A stretch of DNA of 64,000 nucleotides, taken from contig CBDBLO010000002.1 of the NCBI GenBank assembly GCA_965207075.1, positions 1,024,001 through 1,088,000 on the forward strand. The letters are read 5' to 3'. Numbering within the stretch: the stretch's first letter is position 1; every line of letters starts with the position of its first letter. The position numbers and the translations under genes were made by a program. This stretch comes from Nitrosopumilus sp. (GTDB lineage: Archaea > Thermoproteota > Nitrososphaeria > Nitrososphaerales > Nitrosopumilaceae). The notes beneath the pieces were generated by a model. It had not been told where the DNA came from and ran no database searches. It saw nothing but the letters and a program-made list of their open reading frames with translations. Below, piece by piece: positions 18,812-28,887 of the stretch.

Positions 18812-19201
18812 TCACTGCTCGGCGTTGTTCTGGCGCACAAGGTCCGCAATGTACGACTCGTACTCGGACATCTCCTGCCTGAACGAGCCGTACGCCCATT
18901 CCTGCTGCGTCGAGTGGCAGTCATGCCTTGTCATCTCCTCCTCTATTGCAGATATCCTCGCCTCAAACGCTGCCAGGCGCCCCGCATCCGCCGGATCAGC
19001 CGCGTCAAGCCCGTCGCGGGCTATCTGGACGAGTATGTCGGCGCCCTCCCTCACCAGGCCCCTGCACTTCTCTATGGCCTCTTTGTCCAAGGACCTGCCC
19101 TGGCCGCCCTCTGAGATCGACATAAACGCGTAAAGCGAGGCCGCTATTGCGGCGGTGATTGCGATTCCTCCGATTATCTTTTTATCCACGCTGTCCATCA
19201 T
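18812..19201 (-). CDS. Hypothetical membrane-anchored protein
   Basis: N-terminal hydrophobic helix; ATGA overlap with upstream gene. Confidence 0.7.
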   Translation of the reverse strand: MMDSVDKKIIGGIAITAAIAASLYAFMSISEGGQGRSLDKEAIEKCRGLVREGADILVQIARDGLDAADPADAGRLAAFEARISAIEEEMTRHDCHSTQQEWAYGSFRQEMSEYESYIADLVRQNNAEQ

Positions 19202-19623
19202 GCGATCCTCTGGGCCGACCATGTTTCGCCTACCCAGACGCCGGCCACCTCTATGCGGCCGCCTGCGCCACCGTCATTGCCGCCTGCGCCCCCCGCCAGG
19301 CCGTGCTCCCCCTCCCACGCTCCTATGACGCTTACCGCCGATCTGATGTGGCCCTTGTGCTCCTCCTCTGAGACCGGGTTTCCGGCGCAGTCGTGATGTC
19401 CAGACACGACTATGAGCCTCGAACCGTGCTTCTCGACTGAGATGCGCGCCATCTGTATTATCTTTCCGAGGTCGTCGTTGCGGGCTACCCTGCCGTCCAC
19501 TCCGGGCGCGGTTATGGTGTCCACGTAGTCCACCCCGTAGTTCCCCCTTATCCAGTCGTTTAGGACCGTCTGTATCCGGCCGTCCATGCAGCTGATGGAC
19601 GTTGCAAACCTTCCGCCTGCCAT
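19198..19623 (-). CDS. Beta-type carbonic anhydrase-like protein
   Basis: SCMDGR and GHHDCAGNP zinc-ligand motifs. Confidence 0.85.
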   Translation of the reverse strand: MAGGRFATSISCMDGRIQTVLNDWIRGNYGVDYVDTITAPGVDGRVARNDDLGKIIQMARISVEKHGSRLIVVSGHHDCAGNPVSEEEHKGHIRSAVSVIGAWEGEHGLAGGAGGNDGGAGGRIEVAGVWVGETWSAQRIA

Positions 19624-19704
19624 GGGAACCGTATGGCGCTTCCAAATAAAATCATTCTTATGGCGTTCCGTAGGTGACGTGCTGGCGCATGCTCCGTCGC
19701 CGGG

Positions 19705-20118
19705 TCATGACGACTTTATGCGCATGATCTTGGTCTTGTCCATCACGACCCAGTATTCCACGTTCTGCCCGTTCTCCAGCTTGCCCGCTACCTCGTCGTC
19801 GATCATCGTGACGTCGAGGGTCTCAAACGTCTCGTTGTCCATGACCTGCACGGTGTCGCCTATGATGGATATGATCTGCCCCAGTTTTTTGTTTATCATG
19901 GGCACATGGATCTGCATGCTGACGGGGCCGACGTGAGGCCTCTTCTGGCCGTCGAATATTCCCTCGCCTACGATTCTGGCCTTTGCCGCCCCGTGCTTTC
20001 CGGGCTTTGAGGTGTCGTACTCCACTATGCGGCAGGGTTCCCCGCTCGGCTGGTCGGAGTGCGGCAAAAGTATGTACGAGCCAATCTTGAGTGATCCAAG
20101 ATCTGACGGCTTGCTCAT
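19705..20118 (-). CDS. eif5a: Translation factor aIF-5A
   Basis: SKPGKHGAAK hypusination motif. Confidence 0.97.
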   Translation of the reverse strand: MSKPSDLGSLKIGSYILLPHSDQPSGEPCRIVEYDTSKPGKHGAAKARIVGEGIFDGQKRPHVGPVSMQIHVPMINKKLGQIISIIGDTVQVMDNETFETLDVTMIDDEVAGKLENGQNVEYWVVMDKTKIMRIKSS

Positions 20119-20191
20119 GCAAAAAACCGACCGTCCCGAATATTTTAACCCTTGTTTGCAATTGTGCCTGATTTCGCGGCGTCCCCGGTGC

Positions 20192-20797
20192 CTACTTTAG
20201 GCGGTCCAGTATGGACAGGCTCATCATGTTGGTTATGCTGAATCCGCGCCTGTTGATCTCGCGCCTCGTCTGGTCGCAGTACTTGTTGACGCTCTGATAG
20301 CTCTTCTCGCTTGCAACCTCTATCACCACTATGTTGTTCGAGTATGGGAAGTCGAACCTCGGCGGCTGCGGGCTGAACGTCTTCATGCTACCGATGCCCG
20401 CCCTTGCAATCTTCTCCCGGCGCAGCAGCAGCGACGCTATCTCGCTGGCATCGTCCTTGTACTCCCAGTAGTATATGGAGACAAAGTTGGTCTCGCCCTC
20501 GACTTCGCGCTCGAAGAGATCGTCCCTTATGTCGAATACGAACGTCCTCTTCGGATCGCTGTGCATGCCCTCGACGTCCTTTTCTATCTCCTGGCCGTTC
20601 TTGAATTTTGCAAGCAGGTAGTGGTTTGCAGTGTCGGTAAAGTATGGCTTGCTGTCTGCAGAGAACGTGCCCGTGACAAAGAACATGCTCTCTATGTTTT
20701 CAGAGTCCTTCCATGACTCCTTTAATTCTATGGACTCGTGGGTGTGCATGTACGGCGCGCATACGTATCCTGGGCGGATCAGCTCGAGCTCTGACAC
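20192..20797 (-). CDS. Conserved hypothetical protein
   Basis: 201-aa ORF with strong codon bias; GTG start. Confidence 0.7.
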   Translation of the reverse strand: MSELELIRPGYVCAPYMHTHESIELKESWKDSENIESMFFVTGTFSADSKPYFTDTANHYLLAKFKNGQEIEKDVEGMHSDPKRTFVFDIRDDLFEREVEGETNFVSIYYWEYKDDASEIASLLLRREKIARAGIGSMKTFSPQPPRFDFPYSNNIVVIEVASEKSYQSVNKYCDQTRREINRRGFSITNMMSLSILDRLK

Positions 20798-20957
20798 GCA
20801 TCTGTGATTGTGCGATAATATTTATGCTTTTGATCGCGGCCGGGGCGCCCGCCCGCGGAAATTTTACCCCGTGCAAAACCCGTCCCCGGCCTTGGCTGTG
20901 CGTGAACCCGTGCCGATCAGGGATGGTTTTTTAATGGCTGTTTCCCAGCACATTTGT

Positions 20958-21078
20958 CCCAAGCTAGCTCAGCCTGGTAGAGCTTCCGGCTGTAGTTGTC
21001 GGCTTATGGCTGACCGAATAACAGCATATCAGGCATACAGAAACCGGGCCGTCGAAGGTTCAACTCCTTCGCTTGGGA
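20958..21078 (+). tRNA. tRNA-Tyr(GTA) with 47-nt intron at 37/38 (20996-21042)
   Basis: Acceptor CCCAAGC/GCTTGGG, D-arm GCTCAGCCTGGTAGAGC, anticodon GTA, CTGTA/TACAG BHB helix, T-loop GTTCAACTC. Confidence 0.9.
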
Positions 21079-21203
21079 CTACAAAACAACCCGCCGTCCG
21101 CCGTCGCCGCCTCCTGGTGGCGGTACTCGGGGCGCAGTGACTGGCGTGGTGTGCATGAAATGAACAAAAATGGATGATGTGCAAAAAACAGACGCTGTCG
21201 TGC

Positions 21204-21392
21204 CTAGAATTTTTTGACTTTTTGAGCGGCGGGGCCCTTTTTACCCTCGCCAACTTCGAACTCTACCTTGTCGCCTTCGTTGATAAATCCGTCAACGTCC
21301 GTCTTGTGAACAAACAGATCATCCCCTGATTCACGCTCGATAAAGCCGTAGCCCTTTACGCGGTTAAACCACTTTACGGTGCCTTGCTCCAT
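21204..21392 (-). CDS. cspA: Cold-shock protein (CSD)
   Basis: GTVKWFN, KGYGFI (RNP1), LFVH (RNP2). Confidence 0.95.
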   Translation of the reverse strand: MEQGTVKWFNRVKGYGFIERESGDDLFVHKTDVDGFINEGDKVEFEVGEGKKGPAAQKVKKF

Positions 21393-21538
21393 TTGATTCT
21401 GCGTGTGGCGCTCTCTATATTAACTACGTTATTTGTGCAGGCAGAACGTGGACTGCTGTACCTCCTGGGCGTCTGCCTGCTCTGAGGCGGAGTCCGCGAT
21501 CGACGCGGGGGCGCGCCGCACTACGCGGCCGCGTACGG

Positions 21539-21850
21539 TCAAAAGTCCTTTGGTATGTGGTCGTTGGCCTTTAGCCACTCAACTTGCGGCAGTGTGAACC
21601 GCCACACGATGTCCCCCTTTTCGGCCTCGTTAAAGTCCCAAGGAGCTATAATCACAATGTCGTTGTCCCTTATCCAGACCCTGCGCTTGAGCTTGCCCCT
21701 GATGCGCCCCCTGCGCGTGATGTTGTCGGTGCACTTTACAAGCACGTTCTCGCCTCCGAGTATCTTGAGCACCCTGCCGAACATCTCGCCCTCTTCTGGA
21801 AGACGTATCTCCTTTAGCGCGCTCTCGCTCTTTACCTGACGCTTGCCCAT
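21539..21850 (-). CDS. eif1a: Translation initiation factor aIF-1A
   Basis: RGRIRGKLKRRVWI..DIVIIAPWD. Confidence 0.95.
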   Translation of the reverse strand: MGKRQVKSESALKEIRLPEEGEMFGRVLKILGGENVLVKCTDNITRRGRIRGKLKRRVWIRDNDIVIIAPWDFNEAEKGDIVWRFTLPQVEWLKANDHIPKDF

Positions 21851-21900
21851 GGCATGTACGTCCTAGCTCTGCATATAACTCATGACTTTTGGAGCGCGCC

Positions 21901-22040
21901 GTCCGGCATACGCCTTGCAGCACAGCGCGGATACGGCCAGCACCGTTCCGGTGATTGCCGACCGCAGCACAAAGGGGAGCGCCTGCTCACCTTCCATGAG
22001 CCGCGCCGCGTGGGGCGCCTAATGCGTCTGCCGTTAAACC
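21901..22040 (-). repeat. Dispersed ~140-bp repeat, copy 1; contains small TM ORF 21997-21863
   Basis: Clear homology by eye to 34350-34488 (inverted); ORF MEGEQALPFVLRSAITGTVLAVSALCCKAYAG.. Confidence 0.85.
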
Positions 22041-22112
22041 ACGGGTGCGCGCTTGGGCCGATCGAGCCAGCCCCGTCTCAGGACCCGCGGCGCCCGGGCG
22101 CGAACCCGGGAC

Positions 22113-22793
22113 ATGTCTGAGGATGTGCCGGAGCGTGACGCGCCGCCGCGTGGACGGCGGCTGTATGCGCGGTTGCCGGCAATGCAAAAGAGATTTTTAT
22201 CTGGAGGGGACAGCGCCCCCGTGGCCGACTTTCACTGCGTCCCTGAGTGCTCCGACTGCTGCACATACCGCGAGTACTATCCTGACAAGAGGTTCGGCAA
22301 GGTGGGCGTCTTGATACTCCCTGAGGAGCGCGACAGGATTGCAAAGCTGGCCTCCGACCAGGGGGTGCGGGTGCACATACTTCCGAGAGTCGGGGTCTCG
22401 GAGGCGGGAGGCGCGGGGCCGTCCCGGATAGTCGCGTACCAGATGATGGGCAGGGACGCCAACGGTGACACGTGCCCGTTTCTTGATACGTCTGGAGCCT
22501 CAAAGTCGCCGCACGGGGGTCACCCGTGCCGCGTATACGGGCAGAGGCCGCTAGCCTGCTCCGCATACCCGCTGAGCGGGCGCAACCCTCAGGTGCTGGA
22601 TCCAAAGTGCAGGTACTGCAGGGAATGCGGCCCGTCGGCAGACGGCAACCTCGAGTCCGAGGAGCGGGCCCTGTTGAAGATAGAGCGCAGCGTTGCATCC
22701 GACCTGCCTGCGGTCTGGCGATTCGCGACCGGGATCGGGGAGGAGGCGGACCGTGCGCATTTTCTTGAGCCCGGCTGGGTGCGTGACTGCTGA
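22113..22793 (+). CDS. YkgJ-family (CxxCxxCC) Zn/Fe-chelating protein
   Basis: FHCVPECSDCC, CPFLD, CRVYGQRPLACSAYP; start uncertain. Confidence 0.85.
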   Translation: MSEDVPERDAPPRGRRLYARLPAMQKRFLSGGDSAPVADFHCVPECSDCCTYREYYPDKRFGKVGVLILPEERDRIAKLASDQGVRVHILPRVGVSEAGGAGPSRIVAYQMMGRDANGDTCPFLDTSGASKSPHGGHPCRVYGQRPLACSAYPLSGRNPQVLDPKCRYCRECGPSADGNLESEERALLKIERSVASDLPAVWRFATGIGEEADRAHFLEPGWVRDC

Positions 22794-22906
22794 TTGCCGG
22801 TAGTCGTACCCGTGGCGGTCTCCGGACTGCGGCCGCCAAGCGACGGTAGGGGCAGCAGCAGCAGCACCTGCGACTCTGCGCGCCGCGCAAACGGCGCCCT
22901 GCACGC

Positions 22907-23959
22907 CTAGGGGTTTATGACCGCCCTGCCGATTATCTTGCGCTCCTTTAACGCGGTAAGCGCGTCGTTTGCCTCGGCGAGCGTATACTTTTTTGATATG
23001 ATGGGGTTGATGACGCCGTCCTTTGCGAGCTTTATCAGCTCCGTCATGTCGGTGTAGTTGCCCGTGTATGCCCCCTGTATGACTATTGACTTTAGCGGTA
23101 TCGTAACGAGTGACATCTCAATCGAGCCCCCGAAGAGCCCTACCATTACCATGTTGCCCCTCTTGCGCAATATGTCGAGCCCGAGCCTTGCGGTGGGCGG
23201 GGCGTTTACAAAGTCCACCACGCTGTCGGCCCCCTTTTGGTTGCATATCGACATTATCGCCTTGTCCGCCCCCGGCTCCTTTGAGTTTACGGTGTAATCC
23301 GCGCCCATCTCCGACGCCGTCCTCAGCTTTTCATCGTCCAGATCAACGCAGATTACCTTTGCTTTTGTGATCGCCTTTGCCACCTGTATGCCCATCAACC
23401 CGAGCCCGCCTGCCCCTATGATCACCATGTACTCGGGGGAGTTGGCGTTTGCCTTTTTTATCGCCGTGTATGCCGTGAGGCCCGAGCACGCAAGCGACGT
23501 GGCCGTATCGGCTCCGACGCCGTCCAGCCTTGCCAGGTACCTGTGGCTTGGTATCATTACATAGTCCGCGTACCCCCCGTCCTGGAATATGCCCATCGAC
23601 CTCGGGGTGTCACAGAGGTTCTCGTTTCCCGCCGCGCATGCGGGACATTCGGTGCACCCTATCCAGGGGTATACCAGGACCCTGTCGCCCTTTGAGAAGC
23701 CGGACGTTCCGTCGCCTGCCTCCTCGACGGTGCCGGCTATCTCGTGCCCGGGGGTTACGGGATACTTTACGCCCCTGTCGGTAACCTTCATGAACTTGCC
23801 ATCGCCAAGGTCGTATCCTCCCTCCCACAGGTGGAGATCGCTGTGGCAGACGCCGACGGCGTCGACCTTTACCAGCACCTGCTCGCCTGACGGGCGCGGC
23901 GTCTCGGTACTGACTGCTTCTAGGGGCTTGCCGGGGCCCACTATCTTGGCCGAGTTCAT
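22907..23959 (-). CDS. adh: Zn-dependent alcohol dehydrogenase
   Basis: GVCHSD, GHE, CxxCxxC..C, GAGGLG. Confidence 0.93.
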   Translation of the reverse strand: MNSAKIVGPGKPLEAVSTETPRPSGEQVLVKVDAVGVCHSDLHLWEGGYDLGDGKFMKVTDRGVKYPVTPGHEIAGTVEEAGDGTSGFSKGDRVLVYPWIGCTECPACAAGNENLCDTPRSMGIFQDGGYADYVMIPSHRYLARLDGVGADTATSLACSGLTAYTAIKKANANSPEYMVIIGAGGLGLMGIQVAKAITKAKVICVDLDDEKLRTASEMGADYTVNSKEPGADKAIMSICNQKGADSVVDFVNAPPTARLGLDILRKRGNMVMVGLFGGSIEMSLVTIPLKSIVIQGAYTGNYTDMTELIKLAKDGVINPIISKKYTLAEANDALTALKERKIIGRAVINP

Positions 23960-24053
23960 GGACTGCCTCCCTGAGGTTACAATATAAGAGTTGACTGAAA
24001 ACTAAAGAAAAATAAACAGATATCTATTTCTGCATGGGGCTGCCATACTGCGC

Positions 24054-24953
24054 ATGGCCGCACATGCAGACGGCGGGGGGAGCAACGCTGCATACGACGA
24101 CTCGCCGGATGGCGGGGCCGTTGCCGACGACGCCCCTGCTGCGGCAGGCACGCCCGAGAGCATATCGCAGGAGCCGATCAACGTCCTGTTTGCCTCCCAC
24201 TCATCAGTGGCAAAGCGCGACGTGTGGGAGATCGACCTGATTCAGATACTCGACATGCTGGTCCGCATACTGGAAAAATCGGACAAAAAGGACCTGAGGG
24301 TTGCCGGAATGGCGGCGCTCTCCTCGTCGCTCATATACCGGATGAAGGTGGAGAGCATCTCGGCCCTTCACAAGGCCGCCATGGAGCGCGGGACCGCGCC
24401 GGTGAGGAGGGATCCGCCTGACATAGAGATGATTGGAATCCCGTACCGGCACGAGTCGACATATCCCGTGTCACTCGACGACCTGCTTGCAATGCTCCAG
24501 AATCTGATAGGAACGATGGCGAACCCGCGCTCCCGCCCCAGGCGTAGGAGCATGCTGGAGCCTGCAGAACCGCCGGCCTTTGAGAACTACATGCTGTCCC
24601 TTGAGAGCGAGATAGACGCGTACCGAGACATGATAATGGCGAAGATTGCCGAGACGGGGCGGGGCATACTGCAGGATATCACTGTAAACCTTAACGCCAT
24701 TGACTCGATAAAGTGCTTTTTTGCGGCCCTGTTCCTTGCCCGGGACCGGATGGTCGACCTAGAGCAGGCCGGGGATGACATACGCATAACGGCGATACCG
24801 CACACGGAAGGCATGCCAGACGGAGGCGCCGACCCGGACGGCGGTGTTATCGCCGCCGCTGATGCGAATGATGATGCTGAAGGTGATACTGGCACTGGCG
24901 TTGGCACCGGTAGTGGCAGTGCCGCTGAGAACGGCGGCGGCGACGGGGCGTGA
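24054..24953 (+). CDS. scpA: Segregation/condensation protein A (kleisin)
   Basis: VWEIDL, LIYRMKVE, FFAALFLA..VDLEQ; next to scpB. Confidence 0.85.
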   Translation: MAAHADGGGSNAAYDDSPDGGAVADDAPAAAGTPESISQEPINVLFASHSSVAKRDVWEIDLIQILDMLVRILEKSDKKDLRVAGMAALSSSLIYRMKVESISALHKAAMERGTAPVRRDPPDIEMIGIPYRHESTYPVSLDDLLAMLQNLIGTMANPRSRPRRRSMLEPAEPPAFENYMLSLESEIDAYRDMIMAKIAETGRGILQDITVNLNAIDSIKCFFAALFLARDRMVDLEQAGDDIRITAIPHTEGMPDGGADPDGGVIAAADANDDAEGDTGTGVGTGSGSAAENGGGDGA

Positions 24954-25113
24954 ATGTGGGCATTGGCGTCGTGCACGAGTCTGGGGCCTGGGATGGGCGC
25001 CGACACTGCCGCTGCCGTCGTAGCCGCAGCGGCCGCGCACCGTTACTGCCGGGGACGTATGTCACACCGCGGTGCAATGTAGGGGTGGGCGCGCAACGGC
25101 AAAGGTAACTGAC

Positions 25114-25632
25114 ATGAACGAGGCGACCGCGCGGGTGGAGGCCGCCCTGTATTCTGCCGGCAGGCCGCTCAGCGAGGACGCTCTTTTGCGCGCGTCTGGG
25201 ACCGAGTCGCGCGTCAAGACCCAGTCCATAATCAACAACATCGTGAAAAAGACGTGCTCTGTGTTCAAGGCAATAGAGGTGGTACAGCTGCCTGACGGCT
25301 CGTACGTGATGCAGCTAAAGCCCGAGTACAGCTCTACCATAAAGCGCTACGCGTCAAAGCCGATACTTCCCAAGGCCACCCTCAAGACCCTCTCGTACAT
25401 CGCGTGGGCGCAACCAATAGCCTCCCGGCAGCTGGTCGAGACGCGCGGGACCGGGGTGTACTCGCATCTGAAGGAGCTGGTACAGCTTGACTACATCAGG
25501 TATGAGAGCGCGGGCCGCATCAAGATCTACTCCACAACGGAAAAGTTCCAGAAATACTTTGGGATCAAAGGGGACGCCGAGGACCTAAAGGAGCGGCTCT
25601 TTTCAAAGAGGAGAAAGACCGCCGGGGACTAG
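25114..25632 (+). CDS. scpB: Segregation/condensation protein B
   Basis: VEAALYSAGRPL, LKTLSYIA..QPI, TTEKFQKYFG. Confidence 0.93.
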   Translation: MNEATARVEAALYSAGRPLSEDALLRASGTESRVKTQSIINNIVKKTCSVFKAIEVVQLPDGSYVMQLKPEYSSTIKRYASKPILPKATLKTLSYIAWAQPIASRQLVETRGTGVYSHLKELVQLDYIRYESAGRIKIYSTTEKFQKYFGIKGDAEDLKERLFSKRRKTAGD

Positions 25633-25793
25633 CCCGTGCCTGCCTCGCCCGCCCGCGTTAGTCGCCCCGCACCGCGCCCTGTCTGGCGCCCCTGCGTGAC
25701 TGTGGTGGCTTGGGGCAGTTCTGCCGGATTCCCCCCCGGGATGCCCGGAAGCTCACTCGGTTTGTATAAATTAGAGCGGTCCATCCGCATGCC

Positions 25794-26183
25794 ATGCGAA
25801 AGTCCGTAGAGAACCTGGCAACCAGCAAGACCACCGGCGGAAGGAGGCACCCCTTGCGCATACGCCGCAAATACGAGACTGACAGGTACCCGAACGAGGC
25901 GGTCAACGGGGCCCAGGAGACGATAACGCGCCACGTCAGGGGGCGCAACCGCAAGACGGCGCTGAAGTCAATCGACTTTGTCAATCTGGCGACGGGTGGG
26001 GCGAAAGTCAAAAAATCAAAGATAGTAAAGGTGCTCGACAACGCCACCAACAACGACTACAAGAGGCGCGGAATCATAACAAAGGGGGCCGTACTGGAAA
26101 CCGAGGACGGCAGATGCCGCGTACTCTCAAAGCCTGGGCAGACCGGGGTTGTCAACGCCATTCTGATTACGGCAGAATCATAA
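25794..26183 (+). CDS. rps8e: 30S ribosomal protein S8e
   Basis: TGGRR, RGRNRK, GIITKGAV, SKPGQTGVVNA. Confidence 0.96.
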   Translation: MRKSVENLATSKTTGGRRHPLRIRRKYETDRYPNEAVNGAQETITRHVRGRNRKTALKSIDFVNLATGGAKVKKSKIVKVLDNATNNDYKRRGIITKGAVLETEDGRCRVLSKPGQTGVVNAILITAES

Positions 26184-26243
26184 CCTGCAGGGCTGACTCG
26201 ATCCTGCATGCCGTGTAATTGCGCGGCGGTATATTCAGTGCGT

Positions 26244-27083
26244 CTACTTGCGCCTGCCGGCTCGCTTCTTGCCGCCCTTTGGACTGTTTAGGTGGTTTCT
26301 GATGATGGCGTCTGCCATTTTTGAGACGTCCCTGTCCTCGTTTGCGGCCATCTTTTGCAGCTTTTTGGCGTTCGTCTTGCTGAGTGTGACCATAATCTTT
26401 TGCCTCAAAAGCCCGCGCCTCGCACGCTCAAGCAGCGTCTTGTGGGCGGATCTCGGGCTTGCCGCGAGCGCGCGCAGGTATCTTCCCCTAAGCCTGGGCT
26501 CCAGCGGCTCCACCCTGTCGACTATCTTCAGGGCCTTTGAGACGTTCGGCACGGCCTGGTACAGCCTGGTCGCGTCGTTGCGCGTGATCTTTTCCGGCAC
26601 GCATGCCTTGAGCTTTTCCGGCACCGCAGCGAATCCGAGAAAACTCCTGAGCGTCTGGGGCGCTATGCCGAGCAGCTGGGCGGCCTTTGTCTTCCCCATC
26701 GACCCCGCAATATCCACGCACGCGCGCGTCATGTCCCGGGGGTTCATCTTGTTTCGGTGCAGGTTCTCTACCACCGACGCCGCCCTTGCATCGTCAAGGT
26801 CGTACCTTGTGGACGCAGTCAGCACCAGGGCGGGGATCTTCTTTGCCCGCAGTCGTTTCAAGGCCGCCAGCCTGCGCTGGCCCGACATGAGCAGGTACTC
26901 CCTGCCCTGTTTTTGCACCATGGGGGGGTTCTGGAGCCCCTCGTTCCTTATTGATCTTGCGAGCTCGGTTATTCCCTTGCGATCAAGGCCGCGTGCCTGG
27001 GCGTCCTTCCACACCTTGATCTGCCTTACTGGGATCTCGCGCAGCCTGTATGATATGGGGGACTTGAACCTCCTCTGCCTCAT
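26244..27083 (-). CDS. ParB/Srx-family protein with HTH and C-terminal RHH-like segment
   Basis: ELARSIRNEGLQNPP, LMSGQRRLAA, VENLHRNKM. Confidence 0.85.
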   Translation of the reverse strand: MRQRRFKSPISYRLREIPVRQIKVWKDAQARGLDRKGITELARSIRNEGLQNPPMVQKQGREYLLMSGQRRLAALKRLRAKKIPALVLTASTRYDLDDARAASVVENLHRNKMNPRDMTRACVDIAGSMGKTKAAQLLGIAPQTLRSFLGFAAVPEKLKACVPEKITRNDATRLYQAVPNVSKALKIVDRVEPLEPRLRGRYLRALAASPRSAHKTLLERARRGLLRQKIMVTLSKTNAKKLQKMAANEDRDVSKMADAIIRNHLNSPKGGKKRAGRRK

Positions 27084-27210
27084 ACGCGACGGTGTAACAT
27101 TTGGCTAAATTAGTATTTCTTGGATCCGACGCCTGCCTCAGGCTTCGTTCTAGCGCCGTACCCCGCACGTCGCCACCGGTAGTACCCCGCACGTCGCCAC
27201 GGGCCGCCCC

Positions 27211-27882
27211 CTACCTCCTGCCTGCTATGCGCTCTATCTGGACTGCGACGTGCGGCTTTTCGCCACTGTTTGCAAGCAGGAACCTCAGGTCGTCCATTGT
27301 ATCTACGTCCATCATTATCCTCCTCACGAACACGGGGGCCACGTTTCTCGTGCACTCGCCTGCCATCCTGACGTGCTCCCTGTAGCTGTCGTTGTCGTAG
27401 CGCGTTCCCATCAGATCGGCCGGCATCCTTACGAGGGCGTTGGTGCCGTCAAACTTCCTCGACGGCACGACGACTGCAAAGTTGGGCGGCGCTGCAAACC
27501 TCATCATAAAGTCAATGTCCTGCGCCTTGATGTATGGTATGTCCTGCGGCATGACTATGGACGCGTCGTACCCGTCTTGTATGATGCGCCTGTCTGCCAG
27601 CGCCACTGCCTCGTTGACGCCCCTCTCGCGCTCGTCGCGTATGGTCGTTATGCCTGGGCCGCCTCTTTTCCCTGACCTGCGCCCGAACTCTGCGACTATC
27701 CTCTCGGCCTCTGGCTCCTTGGTCACTACAAACGTGTGGTCTATGTGGCTGGACGTGGACACAACGCCTATGATCTCCCTTAGCATCACCCCGCACAGTT
27801 CTGCCACCTCTGAGGCGCCAAGCCCTAGGCGCGTCTTTGCTTCCTCGAACCTCTTGACTGGTATGATTGCCGCCGTCCTCAA
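27211..27882 (-). CDS. cofC: 2-phospho-L-lactate/PEP guanylyltransferase
   Basis: IIPVK..AKTRL, PQDIP, GTNAL, DVDTMDDL. Confidence 0.92.
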   Translation of the reverse strand: MRTAAIIPVKRFEEAKTRLGLGASEVAELCGVMLREIIGVVSTSSHIDHTFVVTKEPEAERIVAEFGRRSGKRGGPGITTIRDERERGVNEAVALADRRIIQDGYDASIVMPQDIPYIKAQDIDFMMRFAAPPNFAVVVPSRKFDGTNALVRMPADLMGTRYDNDSYREHVRMAGECTRNVAPVFVRRIMMDVDTMDDLRFLLANSGEKPHVAVQIERIAGRR

Positions 27883-27957
27883 CTGAGGTCACCACTGCAT
27901 TGGTGTAATTATACTTGGGCCGTCCGCGCCGCGTCCGCGCCTTGCCGCGACAAGACG

Positions 27958-28887
27958 TCACGCGTGTACCTGCTTTGTGACAAAGCTGGCTAGCGCCTCC
28001 TCTGCGGCCTTGTTCTTCATGGTGATCTTCGTTTCGTATACGCTCATGTCCAGGCTGCGTATCTTTTTTGCAAGCGCCTTGTCCTTTGTGTCTATTACAA
28101 TGTTGGAGCATACGTCCGAGTACATCTTTGCAAGCCCGTACGCGTTGGACTCGATTCCTGCCGCCTTCATGTACTTTGCGGCCGGTCCGGTTATGGAATT
28201 GTCTCCAATCAACGGGCTTATGGCGACCACCTTTTTCTTTGCCCTTGCAAGCTCCTTTTTTATCCCCTTTATCTGCAGCATGGGACCTATTGACGTGAGC
28301 GGGTTTCCGGGGGCGAGTATCACAAGCTTTGAATTCTGTATCGCGTTGACGGCCTCTGGGTTTGGACGCGCCTTTTCTGCGCCGATATACTGTATGCCCT
28401 CGACCTCGTCGCGCCCCCTGTACTTGACCCAGTATTCCTGGAGGTGCATCTCGCCCTTGCTCGTACTTATCCTGGTCTCTATGGTGTTGTCCGTGACGGG
28501 AATTATGTTGACGCCCACTGCAAACCTCTCACACATCCACTTTGTAATGTCCGTTAGGTTTTTTCCGTTCTTGAGCATGTTGGTTCTGATCAGGTGGGTT
28601 GCCGCGTCCCTGTCGCCCATCCTAAACCACGTTTCCTCGCCGAACACCTCCATCTGCCGCAGAAAGTTAAACGTGTCCTTTTTGACCCCCCACCCCCTCT
28701 CCTGGTCAAGCAGGTCTGCCAGGCCGTACATTATGGTGTCTATGTCGGGGCAGACATACAGCCCGTACAGCCAGTAGTTGTCGCCGACGTTACTTATCAC
28801 GTTGACCTTGGATTCCTGAGCTGCCAGCCCCCTGACCATCTTCACAGAGCCCGTGCCGCCCGCTAGTACCGTTATCACGTCAGCCAT
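27958..28887 (-). CDS. cofD: 2-phospho-L-lactate transferase
   Basis: LAGGTGS, NVGDN, CPDIDT, GDRD, PGNPLTSIGP. Confidence 0.95.
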   Translation of the reverse strand: MADVITVLAGGTGSVKMVRGLAAQESKVNVISNVGDNYWLYGLYVCPDIDTIMYGLADLLDQERGWGVKKDTFNFLRQMEVFGEETWFRMGDRDAATHLIRTNMLKNGKNLTDITKWMCERFAVGVNIIPVTDNTIETRISTSKGEMHLQEYWVKYRGRDEVEGIQYIGAEKARPNPEAVNAIQNSKLVILAPGNPLTSIGPMLQIKGIKKELARAKKKVVAISPLIGDNSITGPAAKYMKAAGIESNAYGLAKMYSDVCSNIVIDTKDKALAKKIRSLDMSVYETKITMKNKAAEEALASFVTKQVHA

